From the IMG/VR virus record IMGVR_UViG_3300028833_000055, positions 46,446 to 110,445 of that record: a stretch of 64,000 nt of DNA, one strand, 5' to 3'. Both the position numbers and the translations under genes were made by a program. This document shows positions 1 to 9,575 of the stretch, piece after piece; position 1 is the first letter of the stretch, and every line of letters begins with the position of its first letter. The DNA comes from a virus (Duplodnaviria; Heunggongvirae; Uroviricota; Caudoviricetes). Below the pieces are notes generated by a model. It had not been told where the DNA came from and made no database searches. It saw only the letters and a list, made by a program, of their open reading frames with translations.

Positions 1-593
1 TGTTTTTTCGTTGTAAAGATTTTAAAGGAGACCTTTCCAGATGGAATACGAGAAATGTGACCGATATGGAAGGAATGTTTTACGGATGTTCAGACTTCAA
101 TAGTGCAATAGGGGGATGGAATGTGTCCAAATGTCTTTGTTTCAACTATATGTTTAGTGATTGCAAAAAATTCAATCAAGATATAAGCAACTGGCAACTA
201 AATACGGACGAAAAGAAAAAGATAGAAATGAAAGCTATGTTTTATGGTGCAACCATTTTTGACCAGCCGATTGGAAAGTGGAATGTTTCAAGGGTAAAAA
301 GAATGGAAAGCATGTTCAGAGACTGTGTAAATTTCAATCAGCCGCTCGGGGACTGGGACGTATCCAATGTCGGTGATATGTTTGCGATGTTCTCCGGATG
401 TACAAATTTCAACCAGCCGATTGGAAAGTGGAATATGAAGAAAGTGGAAGATGTATCCGAAATGTTCAAGGACTGTATAAATTTCGAACAAGACATAAGT
501 GAATGGAAAATCAGTCCAAAAATAAGAAAGCAAGCGGTTTTCGTCAACTGTCCTATATTAAAGAGAAATGTACCGGAAAATTTAAGGAAATAA
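1..593 (+). CDS. DUF285/BspA-like repeat protein (5'-truncated by window)
   Basis: Repeats of the type FNQPIGKWNVSRVKRMESMF; the frame is open back to the window start (FFRCKDFKGDLSRWNTRNV). Confidence 0.85.
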   Translation, partial: FFRCKDFKGDLSRWNTRNVTDMEGMFYGCSDFNSAIGGWNVSKCLCFNYMFSDCKKFNQDISNWQLNTDEKKKIEMKAMFYGATIFDQPIGKWNVSRVKRMESMFRDCVNFNQPLGDWDVSNVGDMFAMFSGCTNFNQPIGKWNMKKVEDVSEMFKDCINFEQDISEWKISPKIRKQAVFVNCPILKRNVPENLRK

Positions 594-596
594 GCA

Positions 597-1289
597 ATGG
601 GAATATTATTGAATTTAACAAAGGAATATTTCGGTGAAATTGAAAGAACAGAGGATGAACTTCCGATGTTGGAAAGAACACCGGATGGTGTTCAAATACA
701 TAAGTTCAGGGATGCAAACGGAAAAATACACAAGAACGGGTATTATATTCCAACTGGAAGAAAAGATGTTTTTTACCATTTAGTATCGGAACTTATACGC
801 TTGAGAGGTGTGGGGGCAAACCTCAATGACATAGATGTTTCAAATATCAGAGATTTAAACAGTGTATTCGGATATGAAGACTTCCGTGGTGATGTGTCGG
901 GTTGGGATACATCAAATGTCATAAGTATGTATCGTCTATTCAAGAGATGCAATAAATTCAACTGTGACTTAAACAACTGGGATGTTTCAAATGTGGAAAA
1001 TTTTGAGGAGATGTTCGATGGTTGTGAAACGTTCAATGGAAACATAAGTAACTGGAAACTAAGTACCGAAAAGGATATACAAGCCGAATATATGTTTAGG
1101 AACTGTTATAAGTTTAATTGTGATATCAGCAAATGGAATGTTTCAAAAATAACCAATCCATATGGGATGTTCTGGGGTTGTCATGCCTTCAATAGAGATT
1201 TGAGCAATTGGGAAATGACCGATGGTAATGCGTTTATAAATTCCAAGGTGGATATGAAGAACCTGCCAAAAAAAATTAAAGTAAAATAA
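597..1289 (+). CDS. DUF285/BspA-like repeat protein with MGILLNLTKEYF leader
   Basis: FNCDLNNWDVSNVENFEEMF-type repeats; paralog of the next gene. Confidence 0.85.
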   Translation: MGILLNLTKEYFGEIERTEDELPMLERTPDGVQIHKFRDANGKIHKNGYYIPTGRKDVFYHLVSELIRLRGVGANLNDIDVSNIRDLNSVFGYEDFRGDVSGWDTSNVISMYRLFKRCNKFNCDLNNWDVSNVENFEEMFDGCETFNGNISNWKLSTEKDIQAEYMFRNCYKFNCDISKWNVSKITNPYGMFWGCHAFNRDLSNWEMTDGNAFINSKVDMKNLPKKIKVK

Positions 1290-1299
1290 TAAATATCTT

Positions 1300-2025
1300 A
1301 TGGGAATATTATTGAATCTGACAAAGGAATATTTCGGTGAAACGGAGAGGGAAGAGGACAAACTCCCTATGTTGGATGAACTGCCAGGTGGAGTGGAAAT
1401 ACACGATTTCACCGATATGAACGGGAAAAGACACAAGGAAGGATATTATATTCCCAGTGGGAAAAAAGTACATCTGGCCCGTCTGATTGGTTCTCTAATA
1501 GATTTGAGAGGTTTTGACTGCAACTTGAACGATATTGATGTATCAAATATCAAAGATATGTCCGGATTATTTTCTCCATATGAAGACTTTCAAGGCGATG
1601 TGTCCGGTTGGAATACATCGAGTTGTACAAATATGAAAAGTTTGTTTAGTGGTTGTGTTCACTTTAACTGCAACTTGAACAAATGGAATGTATCAAAAGT
1701 AAAAAATTTCGAAAAAATGTTTTATCATTGCTACAATTTTAACGGAGATATAAGTGATTGGAAACTAAACACCAAAAAAGTACCCAAAGGTTCACCTTCA
1801 TATAAACAATCAACCATAGTAACCGATAATATGTTTGAAGACTGTCATAGATTTAATTGTGATATCAGTAAATGGGATGTTTCAAATATCATATCGGCAT
1901 ATCATATGATTGCTTGGTGTATTGATTTTCACCAAGATTTAAGTGGTTGGAATTTAGCTTATAAAAATGAAGAGATAGTCTACGCTTGTGTCAAAATGAC
2001 GGATGACTTGATGCCCAAACATTAG
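1300..2025 (+). CDS. DUF285/BspA-like repeat protein with MGILLNLTKEYF leader
   Basis: Same repeat type; alignable by eye to 597..1289 along its length. Confidence 0.85.
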   Translation: MGILLNLTKEYFGETEREEDKLPMLDELPGGVEIHDFTDMNGKRHKEGYYIPSGKKVHLARLIGSLIDLRGFDCNLNDIDVSNIKDMSGLFSPYEDFQGDVSGWNTSSCTNMKSLFSGCVHFNCNLNKWNVSKVKNFEKMFYHCYNFNGDISDWKLNTKKVPKGSPSYKQSTIVTDNMFEDCHRFNCDISKWDVSNIISAYHMIAWCIDFHQDLSGWNLAYKNEEIVYACVKMTDDLMPKH

Positions 2026-2645
2026 AATAGTCTCTTCTTTTCACACGGTTCAAGTGTTTCAAGAAAATCCACTATCGAATCAAACCTTTCAATCTTAACT
2101 TTCTTATCCTTCGTATAGACATATTCACCCGTATCCACACAAGGATACTGCTTCGTGTCCTTGTTGTATGAACGGTTTATCAGCACACATCTGTCTGCAT
2201 TTATTTCCTGAAAATACTGTGGGTTGTCGTCCACCATCACATCGACATCGGGAAGATTTTTCGCCCTTTTGGTGCAGAATGTAACCGAATCATAAGGTAT
2301 TCTTGCATCTTCAAGCCACATAAGGGTATGCAGTTTGTTCTTATATGAAGGCTGGTATGTGATGATGTGTATGGAGTGTCCGTTCTCCATTGCCTTGGTA
2401 ATCGCCCCTATCACATCCGGAAAAGTGTCCGAGAACCTGTTCACGGTCTCACCGTTCTGATGTGAAAAGAAGAACTCGTGGGCGGCCATTTTAAGTCTTT
2501 TCTCCACAAGTGGAAACGCTTCATTCACAGCATAGAATTTAACATCTTCGGTCTTCATATTTTCACCGAAACTCGTATTGTATATATTTACCATAGTGTT
2601 CACACTGTCTCGAAGAACACCGTCAATATCAACTGCTATTCTCAT
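2022..2645 (-). CDS. HAD-family 5'(3')-deoxyribonucleotidase (NT5C-like)
   Basis: N-terminal IAVDIDGVL (DxD) motif and VMVDDNP motif. Confidence 0.8.
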   Translation of the reverse strand: MRIAVDIDGVLRDSVNTMVNIYNTSFGENMKTEDVKFYAVNEAFPLVEKRLKMAAHEFFFSHQNGETVNRFSDTFPDVIGAITKAMENGHSIHIITYQPSYKNKLHTLMWLEDARIPYDSVTFCTKRAKNLPDVDVMVDDNPQYFQEINADRCVLINRSYNKDTKQYPCVDTGEYVYTKDKKVKIERFDSIVDFLETLEPCEKKRLF

Positions 2646-2646
2646 T

Positions 2647-3159
2647 TTACCAAGTTATTATAGGAATATTCAAATTCTTGTTCTCATTCTTAAAATCATA
2701 CCATAGGAATGCTCCTATCTTGCCCGTTGCCGCAACAACACCACGCAAATACCTCAAACTCAATTGTTCGGTTTCATACTGCAAAGTGTACTTTATTATT
2801 GCAAAATTGTCATAACCATCCACTGGAACATCTTTGAAGTTTCTTTCGGTTTCCTTCAGTCTCTCTTCACGTTTTTTGTTCAGTTCGTGCGGCGTAAGGT
2901 CACAACCACCGACTTGTTCATATATATATCTCTTGTATGCAGCTCTATTGACAAGTATGTCGTAAGTAAGTACTCCCAATGGAGCATCCATAGTATCCAT
3001 TATTTCGGCCAATTTCCTTCGTGTCTGCCTTAAAAAATAACAATAGTGTTTTTCATTGACTTCGGAAATCATATATGCAGAATTGAATTGAAGCATCTGC
3101 TTCGCCATATCAAGAATCTCACATACAGTAAGATTGTCATACATATTATAATTACTCAT
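2647..3159 (-). CDS. hypothetical protein
   Basis: 170-aa ORF tightly packed in a minus-strand run. Confidence 0.7.
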   Translation of the reverse strand: MSNYNMYDNLTVCEILDMAKQMLQFNSAYMISEVNEKHYCYFLRQTRRKLAEIMDTMDAPLGVLTYDILVNRAAYKRYIYEQVGGCDLTPHELNKKREERLKETERNFKDVPVDGYDNFAIIKYTLQYETEQLSLRYLRGVVAATGKIGAFLWYDFKNENKNLNIPIITW

Positions 3160-3742
3160 TCTTATCCTCCATTTCCTTTGTCATTTCAATAATATCCTTA
3201 ATCATCTCATCCGTAACATAGATGTCGTTGACACCAACAATTTTATATTCCACACCCGCTTCACTCGGAATCCACAAGCAAGATATGTCGTCAAAAATAT
3301 CACTCCATACCTTTTCTCTAAAATACCAGTCACGATTTGATATACCCTCCGGTTTGTCGGTCTGGTCCTGATAGTGATAGTCAACCGCTATACCACGGTC
3401 GAACAACATCTCATAGTTATCACGACTCTGGTCGTAATATATTCCATAAAGTTTGTTCTTCCTTTCGAATATTGACACTCCAAATTCAAAATAGAAATCG
3501 TTGTATGGTCTTCTCAATTCATTACGAAGCAGCCTTTCAAAATCCCAACAGGAGATTTTCTCATTTTCATTCTTCGCCTTGTTGTAGAGAAACGACATAT
3601 GGATGAAATTCAAGGATTCCTTGTCTTGAAAGGTTTTCATCACATTTTTCTTAGCCTCTTCCTTCAAACCGTGAAGCTGTCTTATTACTTCACTGAGTTT
3701 ATTCGACTTGAATTTAATTCCATTGTAAAGTTTCGTACTCAT
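3152..3742 (-). CDS. hypothetical phage protein
   Basis: 196-aa ORF preceded by the TTTTGTTATATTTA motif. Confidence 0.75.
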   Translation of the reverse strand: MSTKLYNGIKFKSNKLSEVIRQLHGLKEEAKKNVMKTFQDKESLNFIHMSFLYNKAKNENEKISCWDFERLLRNELRRPYNDFYFEFGVSIFERKNKLYGIYYDQSRDNYEMLFDRGIAVDYHYQDQTDKPEGISNRDWYFREKVWSDIFDDISCLWIPSEAGVEYKIVGVNDIYVTDEMIKDIIEMTKEMEDKNE

Positions 3743-3763
3743 AAATTTACATTTTATTCAAAT

Positions 3764-3789
3764 TAAATATAACAAAAAATACATAAATA
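3764..3789. promoter_or_regulatory. divergent promoter pair: TTTTGTTATATTTA (minus) and CATAAATA (plus)
   Basis: Both motifs recur upstream of many genes; same pairing at 19627-19657 and 36473-36497. Confidence 0.65.
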
Positions 3790-3812
3790 AAATATATAAT
3801 CCAATATTTTCT

Positions 3813-4670
3813 ATGAGTAAAGTAAGTACACTCGTTGATTGCAGTGAAGCGGAAGAAGTTGAATGCTTAAATGACTTTATCGAAAGTATTCAAGCCGAAA
3901 TGTCTGTAAACTGTTCTCTTCCGTTCAGTATTCCGGCGGAATCAATAGCACAGTTGGCAAAAAACGCAAAGCAGTTATTCTACAAGATGTATGAGGATGC
4001 ACACGAAGAAATGTTCATAGCAATCCCACACAAGGAGATTATGAAGAAACAGTTCGGTCACGGTGTTGCCCATATGGAAGGTGAAAGTGACAAGAAGGTT
4101 TTGAAAGACAGAAGAGGTACATATATGTTACCCGAAGGAGTGATTTCCGTCGTAGGAGTATACGAAATAGGCGGATGGTCCGGTGAAGCGGGCTGGAACT
4201 CGGGTCTTCTCGGTAAGACTTCCGGTGATATTTCCCTTCACAGGATGGTGTATCAGTCGGTATACGACAGGACGATGGCGATTTCTGCCGACAACACTAT
4301 GTATTACATCTGTACGGAGGCTTTTCTCGATATGTCAAGACAGATATTCCAGAATATGATTTCGTTCAGATACAACCGTCTGACAAACAATTTGAGGTTT
4401 TTGGGTGAACTTCCGAAGGACGATGTTGTCATCGATGTTCTTGTCAGAGTTCCGGATTGTGACCTGTATAACGATGAAATGTACCGTAGATATGTCATAG
4501 CGAGCTGCAAACAGCAACTCGGTAGAATACTCAACTCGTTCACATACAATCTTCCTGGTAATGTTTCCATAAACTCGGAAGCGATAGCGGACGAAGGAAA
4601 ACAGGAGATGGAGAACATAATGCAGGAGTTGAGAGATATGTCTGGTGCTTGGTATATAATGACTACATAA
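3813..4670 (+). CDS. neck protein, T4 gp13-like
   Basis: C-terminal YVIASCKQQLGRILNSFTYNLPGNVSINSEAIADEGKQE matches the gp13 pattern; CATAAATA upstream. Confidence 0.7.
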   Translation: MSKVSTLVDCSEAEEVECLNDFIESIQAEMSVNCSLPFSIPAESIAQLAKNAKQLFYKMYEDAHEEMFIAIPHKEIMKKQFGHGVAHMEGESDKKVLKDRRGTYMLPEGVISVVGVYEIGGWSGEAGWNSGLLGKTSGDISLHRMVYQSVYDRTMAISADNTMYYICTEAFLDMSRQIFQNMISFRYNRLTNNLRFLGELPKDDVVIDVLVRVPDCDLYNDEMYRRYVIASCKQQLGRILNSFTYNLPGNVSINSEAIADEGKQEMENIMQELRDMSGAWYIMTT

Positions 4671-4686
4671 TAGTTGTTATCATAAC

Positions 4687-4714
4687 AAAAAAGAGAGTCG
4701 ATTGACTCTCTTTT
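4687..4714. terminator. bidirectional intrinsic terminator
   Basis: aaaagagagtc-gatt-gactctctttt between convergent genes. Confidence 0.8.
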
Positions 4715-5627
4715 ATATTAAAGGATAATTTGTTTCCTCCTTTGGTTTGTTTTTCTTATTCTTGTAGTAGTGTTTTTCTTTTTTCATCTCTTTTCTTTTG
4801 AATTTCATTTCTTCAAAAGAAAAATCTTGTTCCTTCATATCGTCACCAAAAAGATTTTCACCATATGTTTTTAATGACTCATTCTTTATTCTTCTTTCTG
4901 CAATCTTTTTATATTTTTCGGACAATTCAAATCCAATCCAATTACAACCGTATTTTTCAGCGGATATAGCAGTTGTACCACTACCTATGAACGGGTCTAA
5001 TACAATTATATTTCCAAGTTCCTTTATCATTTCTTCTGTACCAAGAATACTTGGAATAATCCTATCGACAAGTTCTATCGGAAAAGATGCCGGATGTTCA
5101 TTTTTTATATCAATATTAACAGGCCATATTTCATTAAGTACACTAATTTTACCACCGTTATTATATCTTTGACGACTAAATCTAACATTTTTGTTCCCCT
5201 TTGTCATCCAATAAATTAGTTCGGTATTTGGGAGATAGTGTGATAGATTTACATTAATAGAACGTTTTCTATCCCAAATTATAAGTTGTCTAAATACCAA
5301 TTTACTTTTTAATAACCAAACAGAAGGAAGAATACCAATATTATTCCTTGAACGAACTTTATGATTATAAAACAAACTACCACCCTCTTTTAATACACGA
5401 TGAATTTCATTAAGTATCTCTATCTGCCACTGCTGATATTCACTTTCTTCTTTATTGTCCGAATATGTATCATAATCAACTTTTGATGACCACATAGCAG
5501 TTTTACCCGATATTTTGTCTCCCATATTATATGGAGGCGAAGTGATAACCAAATCAATACTATTGTCATCAAGTTCTCTTAATCCATCAAGACAATCGCA
5601 TAAGTGTATTTTATTTAGCTCCAACAT
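4713..5627 (-). CDS. DNA amino-methyltransferase (N4-C/N6-A, beta class)
   Basis: TSPPY (motif IV) precedes HPASFP and DPFIGSGTT (motif I). Confidence 0.9.
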   Translation of the reverse strand: MLELNKIHLCDCLDGLRELDDNSIDLVITSPPYNMGDKISGKTAMWSSKVDYDTYSDNKEESEYQQWQIEILNEIHRVLKEGGSLFYNHKVRSRNNIGILPSVWLLKSKLVFRQLIIWDRKRSINVNLSHYLPNTELIYWMTKGNKNVRFSRQRYNNGGKISVLNEIWPVNIDIKNEHPASFPIELVDRIIPSILGTEEMIKELGNIIVLDPFIGSGTTAISAEKYGCNWIGFELSEKYKKIAERRIKNESLKTYGENLFGDDMKEQDFSFEEMKFKRKEMKKEKHYYKNKKNKPKEETNYPLI

Positions 5628-5665
5628 ATCTTATTTAATTTATAACATACTGTATTAAATATAAC

Positions 5666-5696
5666 AAAAAAGGCGAACCATTGATTCGCCTTTTTT
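5666..5696. terminator. intrinsic terminator overlapping a TTTTGTTATATTTA motif (5656-5669)
   Basis: aaaaaaggcgaa...ttcgcctttttt. Confidence 0.75.
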
Positions 5697-5713
5697 GAAA
5701 ATTAACCATCTCA

Positions 5714-7516
5714 TTATTCTTTCAATGCAGAAACTTTTGTAATTATAACATCTTTTATTCCCACAACTTCTTTCAAAAGTGAAATTTCCTTTGGAAGGTC
5801 ACCCGTCCTAACATCCTCATCCTTTTCATAAAAAATAAAAGCACAAATATCTTTAATATGACGTGGACAAATTTCAACAAGTCTAGTTGGCGGGTTTGAG
5901 TTACCATAAAATGTCCAATATCCGTCACCAAATATGAATATTACTGCATCTTTATCTTTTGATTTTATTCTATTTATTTCATTACCAACATCACTGAAAT
6001 TCTCGATGCCACCACCAATATAACCTCTTTGACTATTAAAATATTCCAATGTATTTGCCAACACTTTTTCATAACCGTCTTCTTCTAACATCTTATGATT
6101 AATAATTCTCGGTAACGATAAATTATCACCAAATACATAGGTGCAGATGTCGGTATATTCAAGTCTAAAACACAAATGTAATATTCTACCTAAAAATGCA
6201 ACGATAAGACCAGGTTGTGAAGCGACAGAACCGGAATAGTCAACAAAGCAATAAATTGATTGTGTTTCAGCACCGCCCTTTTCATATTTTTTAAAATATC
6301 TCACATCTCTTCTCCACAAATGATTCTTATCACCCAATCTTACTTTTTTTACCTTCTCGTCTTCAATCTCACCCTTGTGTATAGATTTATCTTTAAGTAT
6401 TTTTTCCACAAGTTTTTCCCAATCATCATCTTCTATTTTAGCGGCTTTCAAAGAATGATATAATATAGATGTTTTTAGTGATGAGTATCCTTTACATTTT
6501 TTATCCAGTTCAACCATCGCCTCCCTTCTTATGGAATCCAATTCTGAATCTGACGGTGGTTCTGCGGAAAGAGCACCTTCCACGGTTGATTCTTTCATTC
6601 TTTTTATTTCTTCAGGAGAAAGTTTTGCCGCTTCTATTTCTTTTTCAATTTCTTCTTTCGATGGTGCAGTTTCAAGTCTTCCAGCCAACGATTTTAATTT
6701 GTCAAATTTTTCCTTTTTTCTTGATTTATCACCGATAATTTCTTCTTCTTTCCTTTCTATATCATCAACAGTACTATTATCGTCTTTAAGTGCTTCAATA
6801 AGGTCTTTTAAATCTTCTTTTTCTATATCCGTTCTTTCTTTCAATTTTTCCAAAGCATCTCCGATGGAACGTTCAAGTTCACTTTTCTTTTTCTCACTAT
6901 CGACATCATCTTCTCCACTACCCCATTCAGTTTCAGTATCTTCTTTTTTCATTTTTTTTCTTGATGATTTTTTTGATTCATCATCATCTGTTGAATCATC
7001 ATCAATATCACTAGATTCGTCGTCTCCATCACCGTCACCAGAACCTTCTCCACCTTCCGAAGCACTACTAACACTTTTTTTTGATTTGTCTAAAAAGTCA
7101 TCATAGTCATCACCGGTTTTATAGTCGGAATCACCATCATCTTCAATCTCATCTAGTGCTTCCGCCTCCAATTCGAGTCTTTTAATAAATTCATCCTCAC
7201 CCCATTCAATTTCTTCACTTTCCCAATCTTTTTTTGCGTCTTTACTATCATCAAAAATTGGCAAACGTCTTCTTATGATAGGAGGAAGTGGTGGCTCTGG
7301 TGGTAAAATTCTTGGGTCTTCCGAATCTTCATCGGAATCATCATCACTCCCACCATTATCCAAAAGTTGTGACTTAACATAATTCCTAACATAAATTATC
7401 GCTTGTTCTGCGGTTTCCATATCTTTGGAAATAGGAACATCAGAATAAGAGACTTCGGTCTCTTTTGATTCCTGTATAGAATTTAACAATACATCTAATT
7501 CTTCAAATATATTCAT
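5714..7516 (-). CDS. vWA-like (MIDAS) domain protein with long acidic low-complexity N-terminal half (DUF2201 C-terminal-like)
   Basis: CFVDYSGSV (DxSxS) and IFIFGDGY in the C-terminal domain. Confidence 0.7.
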   Translation of the reverse strand: MNIFEELDVLLNSIQESKETEVSYSDVPISKDMETAEQAIIYVRNYVKSQLLDNGGSDDDSDEDSEDPRILPPEPPLPPIIRRRLPIFDDSKDAKKDWESEEIEWGEDEFIKRLELEAEALDEIEDDGDSDYKTGDDYDDFLDKSKKSVSSASEGGEGSGDGDGDDESSDIDDDSTDDDESKKSSRKKMKKEDTETEWGSGEDDVDSEKKKSELERSIGDALEKLKERTDIEKEDLKDLIEALKDDNSTVDDIERKEEEIIGDKSRKKEKFDKLKSLAGRLETAPSKEEIEKEIEAAKLSPEEIKRMKESTVEGALSAEPPSDSELDSIRREAMVELDKKCKGYSSLKTSILYHSLKAAKIEDDDWEKLVEKILKDKSIHKGEIEDEKVKKVRLGDKNHLWRRDVRYFKKYEKGGAETQSIYCFVDYSGSVASQPGLIVAFLGRILHLCFRLEYTDICTYVFGDNLSLPRIINHKMLEEDGYEKVLANTLEYFNSQRGYIGGGIENFSDVGNEINRIKSKDKDAVIFIFGDGYWTFYGNSNPPTRLVEICPRHIKDICAFIFYEKDEDVRTGDLPKEISLLKEVVGIKDVIITKVSALKE

Positions 7517-7543
7517 ATTAAAATATTTTTTATTTAATTATGT

Positions 7544-9415
7544 TTAATCTTCTGTCGGTAATTTGAATTCTCGTCTAAGACCTTTTTCACCTAATTCTTC
7601 ATATATTTTGTATAATCTTTTATACTCTTCATAATATGCTTTTTTATACTCCTCTGAAGGTCTTACTTTCGCTTGTCTATGAAATTCTGTTCCGATTCTT
7701 CTTAAAGAAGAAAGTGCAATTTTAACAACACTTACATATTCTGTTTCCGTGTGTTCTTCTTTTAAAAAGTCAAACATATGTGTCGTATCCTCATAGAACG
7801 CATCAACCAAACCTGTAAAAAAACGGTCATCTCTGTCAATAAGTATCTTCTCTTCTCTCAATCTTTTCAAATTTTCAAAGAACGATTCTTTTAATTTTCC
7901 TATCACCACATAAATTTCAGTCAAATCACTTTCATTAATATCGTGTATTTCTTTTTCCAATAGAGGTTTTACCAAATCTGCATATTCATTACACAACTCA
8001 AATGACTTTTCATCCAACCTTTCGTGATAATAAATGGCCGCCATATCTTTTATTCTTAAATAGTAATTGTGAAGAATATGTTTTTTTCTTTTTTCTTCTC
8101 TAAGTTTTTCCGCTCTTTTTTTACGCCTCTCTTTCAATTCCTTCATCTTTCTCTCAAACTCTTCCTTTAACTTATCCTTTTTCAGATTATCGGCAATAAG
8201 TTTACTGATAGAATATATGATTTTTTCGGATATTTCATCCCTTTCGTCATAAGTTAATTTGGTTTCTCTATTCAAACGAACAACACCATCAACCAAAGTA
8301 GTCCAACATTCTTCATTGTCCTTTAAAAAGACATCTTCATCCAAAGTAAATTTCTCACTGATTTTTGTAACACATCTCTCCATTTCTTTTTTTAATGTGT
8401 CAACATCATCAATAAAACCATTAAGGTCACTACTTGTCATATTAACGGGACTTACATCAAGGTCATCTATAACTTTTTTCAAATACGGTCCAATTTCACC
8501 AATTTCTTTTATTCGTGTTTTTTGGAGCATTTTAAGTCTCTTTCTTATTGTCATTTTTGTTTTACTTTCACCAAAAAGTTTTTCAATAATGTCTCTAAGT
8601 TTTGTGGAGGCAATATCTTTATCTCTTTCTGTGGAATTTGGGTCACGAAGTACTTTTAATGCTTCAAAAATTGCCTTCAGCGCCTCTAAATATTCCGGTG
8701 GTAAAACTGTACCACCGTTAGATAAATATCTTTTTAATAGTTCATCACCATTTTCTCTATATATGTCCTCATACATTTTTCCAAAGTAATCTTTATCGAA
8801 TACGCCTTTCATTTCTTTCCAGAAATCTGCTGTTACAACACCATCGGCAACCATATTGCAGTTTACTTCCATATCTGCACATATATTTTGTTTGGTTATT
8901 TCCAACTCATATAATTCTTCACTTGTCATTTTCAATTTTCGTCTATCTTCCATAGGTAAAATTTTTAGACCTATTGATAAATGATTCAGAAAATTATGCA
9001 TCAACTCGTGGAATAAAATACCAAAGATTTTTTTTACATCACAATCCAAATTATTGTATATAAAATGTACATTTAACCACAAATTACCAAGATTATCCAC
9101 AGACATTGTTTTATGAAAACAATTTTTATCTTCGGGATTCGCTAAAACATACATTGGTCTACAATGTTGAATATATGAATACATAAAACTATACTTACTT
9201 CCAATTAGTCCAAGCGCTTTATCCACAGACTGTATTATCGTTTTTAATTCAACATCAACAATTTTATCCAAAGACTCTACATACATTGGAATTTTACCAA
9301 CCCTTAAAGTTGCCAATTTGTTTCCTGCCGATTTATCTGTTACCGATTCAATCAGTCTATATCCTTGCTTGTTTCTGATATTGTATCTATCATATATCAA
9401 ATCATTATATACCAT
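7544..9415 (-). CDS. putative HEXXH metallopeptidase (DUF2201_N-like) with helical C-terminus
   Basis: KTMSVD..LWLN..F, ILFHELMHNFLNH, NICADMEVN. Confidence 0.75.
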   Translation of the reverse strand: MVYNDLIYDRYNIRNKQGYRLIESVTDKSAGNKLATLRVGKIPMYVESLDKIVDVELKTIIQSVDKALGLIGSKYSFMYSYIQHCRPMYVLANPEDKNCFHKTMSVDNLGNLWLNVHFIYNNLDCDVKKIFGILFHELMHNFLNHLSIGLKILPMEDRRKLKMTSEELYELEITKQNICADMEVNCNMVADGVVTADFWKEMKGVFDKDYFGKMYEDIYRENGDELLKRYLSNGGTVLPPEYLEALKAIFEALKVLRDPNSTERDKDIASTKLRDIIEKLFGESKTKMTIRKRLKMLQKTRIKEIGEIGPYLKKVIDDLDVSPVNMTSSDLNGFIDDVDTLKKEMERCVTKISEKFTLDEDVFLKDNEECWTTLVDGVVRLNRETKLTYDERDEISEKIIYSISKLIADNLKKDKLKEEFERKMKELKERRKKRAEKLREEKRKKHILHNYYLRIKDMAAIYYHERLDEKSFELCNEYADLVKPLLEKEIHDINESDLTEIYVVIGKLKESFFENLKRLREEKILIDRDDRFFTGLVDAFYEDTTHMFDFLKEEHTETEYVSVVKIALSSLRRIGTEFHRQAKVRPSEEYKKAYYEEYKRLYKIYEELGEKGLRREFKLPTED

Positions 9416-9441
9416 AAGATATTATTTTATATATATTTATT

Positions 9442-9521
9442 TGGGATTATCTACTTTTTGTTATTATACTGCAAAGATACTATTTTTTTGGAATTTTTGC
9501 AAGTTTAAGTAGATAATTCCA
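9442..9521. repeat. 15-bp inverted repeat (one mismatch) enclosing a Bacteroidota-type promoter
   Basis: tgggattatctactt (9442-9456) versus aagtagataattcca (9507-9521). Confidence 0.8.
9472..9502 (-). promoter_or_regulatory. Bacteroidota sigma-A-type promoter (TTG-N20-TATCTTTG)
   Basis: Matches the -33 TTG / -7 TAnnTTTG consensus; the 16-mer AAAAATAGTATCTTTG also occurs at 33629-33644 (minus) and 53156-53171 (plus). Confidence 0.75.
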
Positions 9522-9525
9522 TATT

Positions 9526-9533
9526 TATTTATG
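9526..9533 (-). promoter_or_regulatory. late-type promoter CATAAATA
   Basis: Recurrent motif, one base from T4 late TATAAATA. Confidence 0.6.
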
Positions 9534-9569
9534 AAAAAAAAAAGTGTCAGATTACTGACACTTTTTTTT
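9534..9569. terminator. intrinsic terminator
   Basis: A-tract gtgtcag-atta-ctgacac T-tract. Confidence 0.8.
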
Positions 9570-9575
9570 CATTTT

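Noticed and set aside
261-435. Direct repeat accagccgattggaaagtggaat as a DGR template/variable pair or att site
   Set aside because: Both copies are in-frame DUF285 units within one gene, and no reverse transcriptase or integrase is in the window
6531-7106. Long Ser/Phe-rich antisense ORFs (also 15082..15888, 53953..54555, 58618..59148 and others)
   Set aside because: Shadow frames opposite Lys/Glu/Asp-rich or strongly biased real genes
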